Source: Octopus vulgaris
Taxonomy: Eukaryota
Reading direction: 5' to 3'
NCBI GenBank assembly: GCA_951406725.2
Contig: OX597816.1
Location: 23,126,001 to 23,190,000 of the forward strand
Length of the DNA stretch: 64,000 bases
Every line of letters starts with the position of its first letter. Position 1 is the stretch's first letter. The notes under the pieces are model-generated. The model had not been told where the DNA came from. It worked only from the letters and a program-made list of their open reading frames with translations, and did not search any database. Below, in pieces: positions 54,000-64,000 of the stretch. The translations under genes and the position numbers were made by a program.

Positions 54000-54873
54000 T
54001 TTTTGCGTAATAAGATAAAAAAAACCAAGGCTGCATAGATATTAGAGCATTTATAGATAGAAGGTCTTACAGCTATTTCTAGGATATTAATTAATAATAT
54101 CCCTTCATCGGAGACAGTGTGAGAGGAAAAATTAAGTCATAGTTAGTTTCGATGTGATACAATATAGAGTGTGAAGTGGAGGAAAGAAAATAGATGTAAG
54201 ATATATAAGGGTATTGAATTTGTAAATCCGTTTTATAGGCATAATGGTATATATGCAATATTCCAATATCCTTTGAGTAAAATCCAAAAGTCGAACAGAG
54301 TTTAATATGAGTCCTTCCAAATATAGAGTTTATAAGTAATATAAGATTCCCATATGAGTGATATCCAGTAGATTTTGAAACTTGGTCATTCCCAGTAGAG
54401 AATTTATATACAATGTTGCAGAGTCAAGGTTTGTATTTAAATACAAAAAATACAGAAGAAAATAAAAAATAATTCAAAAGTATATTGAGAAAAAAGAAAA
54501 ATGAAGCATTATTCGTACAAAGAAAACGTCCTTGCATAGTACCCAGTTTGAATATGAACGCAAATAAATCCTTCACCATCGCTCATAGTAGCAGTTACCA
54601 ATTGACCACCAAAGGCACTACATAGTAAATACGTATTTTTTCCGTAGCTAAGTCACAGACGGGTGATATGGTGGCAATGGGTGTAGAATTGACAGCCGTA
54701 TGAAACGATCGTAGTGTTTTACTCATTATCTTTTATTAAATTTTAATAGGGGTCCTCATTTTGTTTTGATGTTACCACAACGTTTCGACTGATTTACTTA
54801 AGCCTTAATTTTATGTATTGGTAGAATTTTTCCCATTGGGTTCTGATTTGCCTAATAGTGGTTTTATCTCTAA

Positions 54874-54920
<47 letters not shown>

Positions 54921-54950
54921 TACATACATACATTGACATACATACATATA

Positions 54951-55027
<77 letters not shown>

Positions 55028-55630
55028 CTTTTGCGTAATTAGATAAAAAACCAAGGCTGTATTAGATATAATCATTATTATTATTAGAAGGTCTTATTAT
55101 TAGGATATTAATTAATGATATCCCTTCATCGGAGACAGTGTGAGAGGAAAAATTAAGTCATAGTTAGTTTCGATGTGATACAATATAGAGTGTATGAAGT
55201 GGAGGAAAGAAAAGAGATAAGATATGTAAGGGTATTGAAATTTGTAAATCCGTTTTATAGGCATAATGGTATATATGCAATATTCCAATATCGTTGTGAG
55301 TAAAATCAAAAAGTCGAACAGAGTTTAATATGAGTCCTTCCAAATATAGAGTTTATAAGTAATATAAGATTCCCATATGAGTGATATCCAGTAGATTTTG
55401 AAACTTGGTCATTCCCAGTAGGGAATTTATATACAGTGTTGCAGAGTCAAGGTTTGTATTTAAATACAAAAAATATAGAAGAAAATAAAAAATAATTCGG
55501 AAGTATACTGAGAAAAAAGAAAAATAATATCATTATTCGTACAAAACTAAAACATCCTTGCATGGTACCCAGTTTGAATATGAACGCAAATAAAGCCTTC
55601 GCTATCGCTCACTAGTAGCAGTTACCAATT
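54000..55630. repeat. Direct duplication of about 600 bp (54000-54605 and 55028-55630), each copy following a (TA)n tract
   Basis: Near-identical blocks ttttgcgtaa...gtagcagttaccaatt. Confidence 0.9.
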
Positions 55631-55829
55631 TATCACAGAATATAATAGAACATCAGCTTACCATAATTTTAATGTCTTGTTTTTTCTCTGCCTCTATTAT
55701 TCTCTATTATGCGGTAAGCCTTCCTGTCTCCGTGTCCGCCCCTAAAATCTGCACTTGCGGAATTTTTAAGCTTTTTTTACATTCAATACATCTCTCCTTG
55801 TCGCGTGTATTTGGTTCCTAAACAGTGCA

Positions 55830-56192
55830 GGTATGTACGTTACGCAATATGCATGCAGTTTCAAGTAATGCCGATACGCGTAGATTGTAGGATAGGTCTA
55901 AATTTTCCAGATGTTTCTTCAGTTTGGGTGGTATTGAACCCTATGCTTCGATGGCAACAGGGACAACATTTACGTCTAACTCCCATAGATGCCACATCTT
56001 GGCGATCTCTATTCTCAGGTCTCTATACTTAGCAATCTTTTCTCTTTCTTCCATGATAATATGTTGATCTACTCCCTGCAACGTCGATTATTAGGTAATC
56101 TTGTTATTATATCTGGCCTCCAGTGATGTAGCAACTTGTCTGTCTGGAAGCCAAAGACCCAGAGGATTTTTGCCTTCCCCTTTTCGTCCATT
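55830..56192 (-). mobile_element. R4/Dong-clade retrotransposon, restriction-like endonuclease C-terminal fragment
   Basis: KILWVFGFQTDKLLHHWRPDII..IIDVA..DQHIIMEEREKIAKYRDLRIEIAKMW..VVPVAIEA*GSIPPKLKKHLENL..SALLETACILR matches the RPD-x-D-x-EK..KY RLE motif. Confidence 0.8.
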
Positions 56193-56194
56193 CC

Positions 56195-56625
56195 TTGTTC
56201 TTGTGTATGTTGGTAACAAACACACGTTTAGTGCCCTGGACGAAATCGGACAATACAATACAAGGGACAAGTGAGGTGTTGAACAATGTCATGTAAACAA
56301 TAAGTAACAAAAAAAAACAAATAATAAAACAACTATTCCATAAAAGTTCCCCCCAAAAGCGGGGAGTTCTTCACAGGGACAACCGCAAAGCCCTACACAA
56401 CCTCGTTATCCCAACCGCCAGGTACACCTCAGCAGGCGCCATTCTCCTTCTCAAATCCTCCGGTTCACAAACGGAAGTTCAGAGTGGGCTCATTCCCACG
56501 GGCCATCCTCGCCATACACACCCACCTGTCAAGAATTTTACTGGTGGGTGGGGCCGAACTTCTTTGTCTATCCTCACTGTCTTTTTCAATTGGGACTTGA
56601 AAAACTCAATGAGGGACGGACCGAA
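56195..56625 (-). mobile_element. Tx1/L1-like LINE 3' end remnant
   Basis: GPSLIEFFKSQLKKTVRIDKEV..ILDRWVCMARMAR followed by a UTR-like tail; resembles Tx1 ORF2 C-termini. Confidence 0.5.
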
Positions 56626-57460
56626 GGTGTAAAGTCTCTTTTCTTCCGTCCTTTCAATCTTTTACTTTCTTCTGTCGAGGTTTTTTTTTTCTGGTGTGGT
56701 ACCTGCTTTCTTATTTTATGTTGGTGAAGTAGACAATATTCGCAAGACTTCATTTCCTCTTGGAAACCAAGCGACTATCCAATAGGCTATCGAAAACAGA
56801 TATAGGTTATAGTAATTTATAGTCACAATATATCACGTCTTTGCTAAATTGATTGGTCTGATTGCCGTCGGCAACGTAGACAATTAATTAATTAATTAAT
56901 TAATTAATGATGCACACAACAGAGAATGTTACATAATCAGTAATATATACTTAAATATATCTAATGATCAACAATATTACAGCTGAACGCTTTCGAATGA
57001 AGTAACAAAGAGAATCGAAACTTTTGAAGGGAATCCGGTTCCCTGGTCGCGGAGAAATAAAAGGAAAGCACACTGTCTTCCTTTTACTTTATATATAAGA
57101 CATGATGAAATATCATAACAGTACATAAACTATTTTCTTCAACCAATGTATCTACTTTCGACAGCAAATCTAAAAATGTATGTTCACAAACGACACACTC
57201 CGACTGCTCTGTTTTATATCACTTTTACTCTTTATATATTGCTTTTTCATTATACATTGACAAACACACGCACACTCACGCACAACGTGAAATAAAGTGT
57301 CTTGCTCAAGGACCCATGTGTCACCGGGAATCGAACTCGCAACCATAGGATCATGAGCCGAATGCCCTAACCACTAAGCCACGCGCCCTCACTCATACAT
57401 TCATACATACATACATACACACACATACACACGCCCACACACCCACACCCACACACACTC

Positions 57461-57512
<52 letters not shown>

Positions 57513-57823
57513 GGGTGGAGGCGCAATGGCCCAGTGGTTAGGGCAGCGAACTCGCGGTCGGAGGATCGTGGTTTCCATGTCCAGACCGGGTGTTGTGTGT
57601 GTTTATTGAGGAAAAACACCTAAAGCTCCACGAGGCTCCGGCAGAGGGTGGTGGCGATCCCTGCTGTATTCTTTCACCCCAACTTTCTCTCAGTCTTTCT
57701 TCTGTTGGCCTGCTCGCTTAGCCAGCGAGGTAGCGTCATTTGAAGGCTAAAACAATGCGAAGCGCATTGTGACCAGCGATGTGTAGCAACATCTGATAGC
57801 CTGGTCGGTCACGTGATCACGTG

Positions 57824-57854
<31 letters not shown>

Positions 57855-57857
57855 TAT

Positions 57858-58410
57858 ATGAGCAAAACGCCCCCCCCCCGTCCAATGGACGGTGCTGAGT
57901 TGTCAAACATTTAAAAGTAAATTTTCTCAAAACAACTTGTCCGACCGTCCCATAGACCTCCCCTTTGAGAAACACTGATTTAACCTAAATTTGAGACACC
58001 AGCAAAAGAAGAAATAAAGATATACTTTTTCTATTCCAAAGAAAAACGATTTTATTCACAGAAATATGTAACCGAAGAGTTTAAAGTACCAGTAATGATA
58101 AGGCTGTTGACTGGGAGAACACAAACATGGTTTAAACAGTAAGCTTGGCAGGAAAGAAACATGCCTTTAAGCAGTACAAAAGCAACAAAATGGAAGGTGG
58201 AGTTATGTACAGGTCAACGGAAGAAAAGCAGGACAAAAACGGCTTTATCGTTCGCATTCTCACCTGGAATCGATTTTTGTAATTTTTTCAAGACTTATAC
58301 ACGCCCCGATACCGTCGGTATCTACATATCAAATTTGAGCGCAATGGAGGATGCCCGAGATTCGAGAAGACACACACACAAACAAACAGACTGAACGGCT
58401 TTTATATAAG

Positions 58411-58411
<1 letters not shown>
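57858..58411 (-). mobile_element. Non-autonomous Helitron, older copy of a different family
   Basis: 5'-TC(ttatataaaag) at 58411; subterminal hairpin ccgtccaatggacgg at 57878-57892; CTAG end degenerate. Confidence 0.55.
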
Positions 58412-58468
<57 letters not shown>

Positions 58469-59334
58469 AGACACATGGCCTAGTGGTTAGAGCAGCGGAT
58501 CGTGGTCGAGGGATCGCGGGTCCGAATCTCAGACCGGGCGATGTGTGTGTTTATGAGTGAAACACCTAAGCTACTCGCTGCTCCGGCAGAAGGTAATGGC
58601 GAAATTCTGCTGACTCTTTCGCCATAACTTTCTCTCACTCTTTCCTCCTTCATCTTGCAGCTCACCTGCGACGAACCGGCGTCTCGTCCAGGTGTGAAAA
58701 CTGTACGCCAAGGAAACCGGGAAACCGTCCCTAATGAACCAGGCATGGCTTCAGAAGGAACAAACATAGATATATATTATATTATATTACATGTATATAT
58801 ATATATATGGCTCTGTGGTTAGAGCGTCGGGCATACGGTCGTGAGGTTGTGAGTTCGAATCCCGGACAGGGCTGCATGTTGTGCTCTTGAGCAAGACACT
58901 TTATTTCACGTTGCTCCTCTTCACTCAGCTGTAGAAATGAGTTGCGATGTCACAGGTACCAAGTTGTATCAGCCCCTTTGCCTTTCCCTTGGATAACACT
59001 GGTGGCGTGGAGAGGGAAAGGCCGATATGCATGGGCGACTGCTGGTCTTCAATAAATAACCTTGCCCGGACTTGTCCCTGAGAGGGTAACTTTCTAGATG
59101 CAATCCCATGGTCAGTCATGACCGAAGGAGGTCTCAGCATATACATACATATGTGTGCGTGAGTGTACGTGTGTATGTATTGAAACTTGGTGAACTTAGC
59201 TGAAAACACGGAAGCGTCAGGTAGATGAGTTTTTGAAAAACAGGACGAATGGTGTAGGTTCGTGCAAGGAAATATGCGAATCATACAGCAGGCTTCAAAA
59301 CGTTTTCTACAAAATAGTCAAGAACGATACTTAC

Positions 59335-59543
59335 TTTTGAACGCCATGCTAATGGCATATATCTCATGACTAGATGAGCGAATTCATGAGAGAAAATATT
59401 CTCTTTGTGACCGTAAGGGTCTTTATTATTACATAACACGATATCATCCAAACACAGTGAACGGGTACCAGAAATGCCTGCGATATGTTGCCATTTGCGT
59501 CCATCAAATGTACACGTAATGGAGCAAGCACCGCTACATTTTC
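59335..59543 (-). CDS. ATLF-like zinc metallopeptidase, HExxH exon (209 nt, phase 1 to 0)
   Basis: Acceptor tttgcag|GA and donor TCAAAA|gtaagt. Encodes (R)KCSGACSITCTFDGRKWQHIAGISGTRSLCLDDIVLCNNKDPYGHKENIFSHEFAHLVMRYMPLAWRSK, with HEFAH at 59374-59388. Confidence 0.92.
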
Positions 59544-59692
59544 CTGCAAAGAAATTGCCGAAAATTATTATCGTTTCAAAAGAAAATTTGTACAAAAGAT
59601 TAAGAAATAAGGTGATGCCGTTTACATGGTCATTAAGTCTTTTCGAATCGCATTAAGGAAGAAGAGTGAAACAAATTCAAACTATAACTTAC

Positions 59693-59846
59693 TATAACAT
59701 TCAGGTCGGTCGGCGAGGTTTTCATATTCTGGGTAGATGGTCGGACCCTCCGTCCTTGAAAACAGACCAGCGCCTAATGATCTTGTAAGGCCTTGAAATA
59801 CCTCCACAGGCATATACTTCACCATCTTTATCATGATTTGGGCTGC
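59693..59846 (-). CDS. ATLF-like zinc metallopeptidase, first exon found (internal, 154 nt, phase 0 to 1)
   Basis: Acceptor ttatcttcag|GCAGCC and donor TTATA|gtaagt. Encodes AAQIMIKMVKYMPVEVFQGLTRSLGAGLFSRTEGPTIYPEYENLADRPECY and splices in frame to the next exon across a 149-nt intron. Confidence 0.88.
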
Positions 59847-59950
59847 CTGAAGATAATTTAAAGAAAATAATAATGGAGAGCGAAGATACGATTATCGTTA
59901 TTTTGGGGTCTCAAGAAAATATATTTCACTGTCTACTTAAGCTACGGCGT

Positions 59951-60278
59951 GTGAGGGCGCGTGGCTTAGTGGTTAGGGCATTCGGCTCATGATCGTAAGG
60001 TTGTGAGTTCGATTCCCGGCGACGCGTTGTGTCCTTGAGCAAGACACTTTATTTCACGTTGCTCCAGTCCACTCAGCTGGCAAAAATGAGTTGTACTTGT
60101 ACTTCAAAGGGTCAGCCTTGTCACTCTCTGTGTCACGCTGATTATCCCCGAGAACTACGTTAAGGGTACACGTGTCTGTGGAATGCTCAGCCATTTGCAC
60201 GTTAATTTCACGAGCAAGCTGTTCCGTTGATCGTATCAGCTGGGACCCTCGTCGTCGTAACCGGCGGAGTCTTTTAAG
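59951..60278 (+). mobile_element. Young tRNA-derived SINE (family D) with 12-bp TSD
   Basis: A/B boxes tggcttagtgg and gagttcgattcc; TSD aagctacggcgt at 59939-59950 and 60279-60290. Confidence 0.9.
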
Positions 60279-62039
60279 AAGCTACGGCGTACGTTTTTCG
60301 TTTCCCTCTTTTTAAAATGAGTGAACTGAAACTGCTTATACAATCATTTTCTTTTTTTTTTTTTAGAATTAATACATTTTAAAGAATTATTTTCTCACAA
60401 TACTAAACGTGGGGAAGCACTCCGTCGGTTACAACGACAAGGTTTCCGGTTGATCCGAATCAACGGAACAGCCTGCTCGTGAAATTAACGTGTAAGTGGC
60501 TGAGCACTCCACAGACACGCGTACCCTTAACGTAGTTCTCGGGGATATTCAGCGTGACACAGAGAGTGACAAGGCCGGCCCTTTGAAATACAGGTACAAC
60601 AGAAACAGGAAGTAAGAGTGAGAGAAAGTTGTGATGAAAGAGTACAGCAGGGACCACCACCATCCCTGCCGGAGCCTCGTGGAGCTCTATGTGCTTTCGC
60701 TCAATAAACACTCACAACGCCCGGTCTGGGAATCGAAACCGCGATCCTACGACCGCGAGTCCGCTGCCCTAACCACTGGGCCATTGCGCCTCCACTATAC
60801 TAAATGTACAACCAGGAGAGAGTTACGAAGAGGTCTAAGAGTACATTTATGCAGACACCTAAAAGATTGCACCCAAATTTCCCTTATATAATCCCCTGAA
60901 GTTTTAATAGGCTTGGAATGCTATGGGCATTATAGTACTAGCAAGACTGCTTCTCAAACAAATATTATAGATTGCTATATCTTTCTAAGACCCCCTTCGG
61001 TCACGACACAGACCATGGGATTGCACCAAGAAAGTTACCCTCCCAAGTACAAATCCGGGCAAGGTTGTTTATGGAAGACCAGCAGTCGCCCATTCATACC
61101 AGCCTCCCCTCGTCACACCACTGATGTTATCCAAGGGAAAGGCAAAGACCGAAACAGCTTGGCACCTGTGACGTCTCAACTCATTTCTACAGCTGAGTGA
61201 ACTGGAGCAACGTTAAATAAATTGTCTTGCTCAAGAACACAACACGCAGCCTGGCCCGGGATTCGAGCTCACAACCTCACGACCGTAAGCTCGACGCTCT
61301 AACCTCTGAGCATGGAAAATTTTTGAACATAGATTTGTGCAAACGAGGCTAGCGTGGTCCTAAATCATTACAATCCAGTGTGAGCAATGACTGGATTTTC
61401 TCTCAATATTATTGTTTGGAGGAAGCTTTTTGCTTTCTCTATCGAATGCGAGAAGTTTTTAAAGCACTTCAAAATATATACGACTACAAAATATAGTCTA
61501 CTATTTGGCAGTAAAGATTATCTAGATCACTAAATCGAGTTAATACGAAATGTTCAATCGACTGGATAGGCCTTACACTAGATAGGTCTGTTTAGTGAGC
61601 ACTGATATAAGATCAGACAATAAGAACATCCTGGAGAGAGCCAGTACACTAGACATCAATTAGTATTGCTTTTTTTATCACGTGTTAACGTTTCCGAAAA
61701 TTTCAGATCTGTTGCTGTTCTGCTTTCAAAAAATCTCTTCTGCCTTCAGAAAATCTACACGAAATTCAAAAATCTGTTTGGCGTTTAATTCTCTGAATAA
61801 ACCTCAATGTTATAAGATTGGGGAGCGATTCTGCAGAGGTGGTTCCAGAATAGATTATTCCCTACTTGAAATTCCTATGCTCTCTTACAGCACAAGGTGA
61901 AATTTCAGAATGTGTAGACAAGAACGATATTACAGAACTTTATTATAATCACGTTTCAGAATAAAGTTATTGACTACTATTTAAACATAACATTATTCTA
62001 TAGGCTGCATTCAGAACTTGTTATTCCGCATCTGTAGAT

Positions 62040-62242
62040 TCAACTCTTTTGAGAGTATGACGAATTCCATTCTAGTTTTATTTGCAATGGCACAGTTCTG
62101 TGAATCTGAATTTAATTCTCTTTCGTCACTCAAAACAAAATCTAGGAATCTCCTGAATCTACAGGCAGATCTGTAGGTTGTAATCAGCAGGAAATTCCTA
62201 CATTTTAATAGAGCCATAAATATGAACCAGGAACAAAGATAA
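62040..62242 (+). mobile_element. hAT (Charlie/Buster-type) transposase dimerization-domain relic
   Basis: ILVLFAMAQFCESEFNSLSSLKTKSRNLLNLQADL*VVIS..NQEQR* resembles F..TY.CE..FS.L..IKTK.RNRL....DLR. Confidence 0.75.
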
Positions 62243-63246
62243 AAATGAATTATATGTCCATAATTACAGATGATTTCATTATTTACATTTTTTCCTAATT
62301 GCTCAATTTATTTTTGTATTTTATGCTCTGAGTTCAAAGCTTGCATCAGTATTTAAGTATTTTCACGTGGTCAAATTAAAACATACAGTTATAAAACTGA
62401 CTCTTTCAACTTCAAATGTGATATTACTTTTGTAAAGCCTGCCTCGAATAAAAAATTTTACCCCAAAGAAATACGTAGAGGGTCCCCAGTTTACACGGTT
62501 GATAAAGGTCCCAAAAATAGTAGTAAAATCGTCCTAAATTCACGTCCCTTTAAATGGAAAGGATCGTCGAATGATACGGCTATTCTTATGACTTCGTGAA
62601 AACACACAGTTTATCGTAGTGGGGCAAAATAAAAAGAACGTGAACGTCTAAATATGCTAATTTATCTTTTTACAATTTCCTTTAGAAGTAAACTGATCTT
62701 TTAAATAACTTGTTGCTAGTTACTGAACATATCGTTTATCGTGTTCGATATTTCATTAGAAGCTAAAGAATCAATTTAGCAGGAGCCGGTAATGTTAAAA
62801 GCTTTGAGACAATAAGTTATTATTTGGGTGGAAGTGATATGAAGCTAGATAACAGTTGAAAGGTTGATAGATGTTTTCTTACTATTAGAAATGCTCGTTC
62901 AGTGTGTAATCAGGAGCCTATTATTTCTCAAAATACCCAGTCATCATGGACAAAAACAAGGATTATAGCATAGGAGCCGCACATTAATACAAATGAAGCT
63001 CGTATTTAGATGGCTGCTACTGGTTCGAAAATCTGCATGCTTTCCTGTTTTAATTTGTTGTGGAGTGAACTGACAACACCACAACTGACTGTCATTGAAC
63101 TGGACGTGTCTTAAACATCCATGAACCAGTAGACTGTTGAGGTCGAACTGTGGGAGCGATAGTCTCGTTATTGATTCTGTGTTGGAGCAATGGATTGTTA
63201 TTGTGCGAACGGTTATGAGATAACCAACTCGTTACAGTGCTTATTG

Positions 63247-63661
63247 GGATCTTTACCTTTTGACCTACAGACTTAAAAAATAATTATTCGTAAGTAAACA
63301 TTTTCAAACTTTGTACACTGGTAGAATGTGTTATATAAAACATCTTTTACTCTTAGCATTTTTGAGAAAAACTTATATTTACGAAGTTATTTCACGTTAA
63401 AGTTGTCCTGTTTCGGTAATTTCAACCAATCAATGGCGTGTATTCAGCTGAATAAAATTACAGCCGTTGTTTGTCAACAACAACTATCGGCGGTGTATAT
63501 TTCGTTTATCACTGTTATTTAGGACATCGTTCGTGCGTTTGTACTGGTTTTAAGATTTTAGGGTTAGGGTTGGGGTGTTAGGGTTAGGGTTTTAGGATTA
63601 GGGTTAGGGTTTTAGGTTTAGGGCTGTCATAAATAACAGTGACAAACGAAATATACACCGA
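63247..63661. mobile_element. Truncated copy of the long-TIR telomeric-repeat element
   Basis: Starts ggatctttacctttt; homologous to the reverse complement of 21030-21341; degenerate (TTAGGG)n at 63557-63623. Confidence 0.75.
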
Positions 63662-64000
63662 GCACAAGGGTCGATGTAATCGCCTTACACCATCGCCCGA
63701 TATTGCTGGCATTGTTCCAAAATTTGAAACCAATATTTCCCTATCGCAAGGCGACGAGCTAGTAGTATCGCTAGCACGCCAGGCACAATGCTCAGCTTCA
63801 TTTCGTTCGTCATTACGTTCTGGGTTCGAATCCTGCCAACGCTTTATTTGCCTTCGATCCTTTCGGTGTCAATAAAATAAGTACCGTGGAGGCGCGTGGC
63901 TTAGTGGTTAGGGTGTCAACATCATGATCGTAAGATTGTGGTTTCGATTCCTGGACCGAACGACGCGTTGTGTTCTTGAGCAAAACACTACATTTCACTA

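Noticed and set aside
48822-57977. cagtgtttctcaaa / tttgagaaacactg as paired ends of a 9-kb hAT element capturing a protease exon
   Set aside because: No shared 8-bp TSD; these are common hAT termini, most likely from independent fragments.
62011-62217. Minus-strand ORF as an upstream exon of the protease
   Set aside because: It is the antisense of a hAT transposase relic and has no suitable phase-0 donor or family similarity. I found no convincing upstream exon in 59847-64000.
63557-63623. True telomere or chromosome-fusion scar
   Set aside because: Short, degenerate TTAGGG tract lying inside a dispersed TIR element seen four times in the window.

Overview
AT-rich, microsatellite- and SINE-dense eukaryotic DNA whose repeat content and 5S sequence look like an octopod cephalopod (inference). 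I can support two protein-coding genes, arranged tail-to-tail. (1) A single-coding-exon Toll-like receptor at 32751-34841 (+), 696 aa. (2) A spliced minus-strand gene that the ORF track catches only in part. I joined four GT-AG exons (59846-59693, 59543-59335, 49987-49839, 44686-44542) into one phase-consistent 218-aa C-terminal part of a HExxH zinc metallopeptidase resembling the bacterial anthrax-lethal-factor (ATLF)/Pro-Pro-endopeptidase-like zincins; its 5' exons were not found and are probably beyond the window. The rest is mobile DNA: several tRNA-derived SINE families (one very young), a tRNA-headed element with a minimal hammerhead-ribozyme tail, Penelope, R4/Dong, RTE, CR1-like and Tx1-like remnants, mariner/Tc1 and hAT relics, non-autonomous Helitrons, and a GGATC-terminal TIR family carrying TTAGGG repeats. 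There are also palindromes sitting in (TA)n tracts, a 38-bp minisatellite and a 5S rRNA pseudogene. Most short ORFs in the track are microsatellite or repeat artefacts. All family assignments come from motif recognition by eye; no database search was run.
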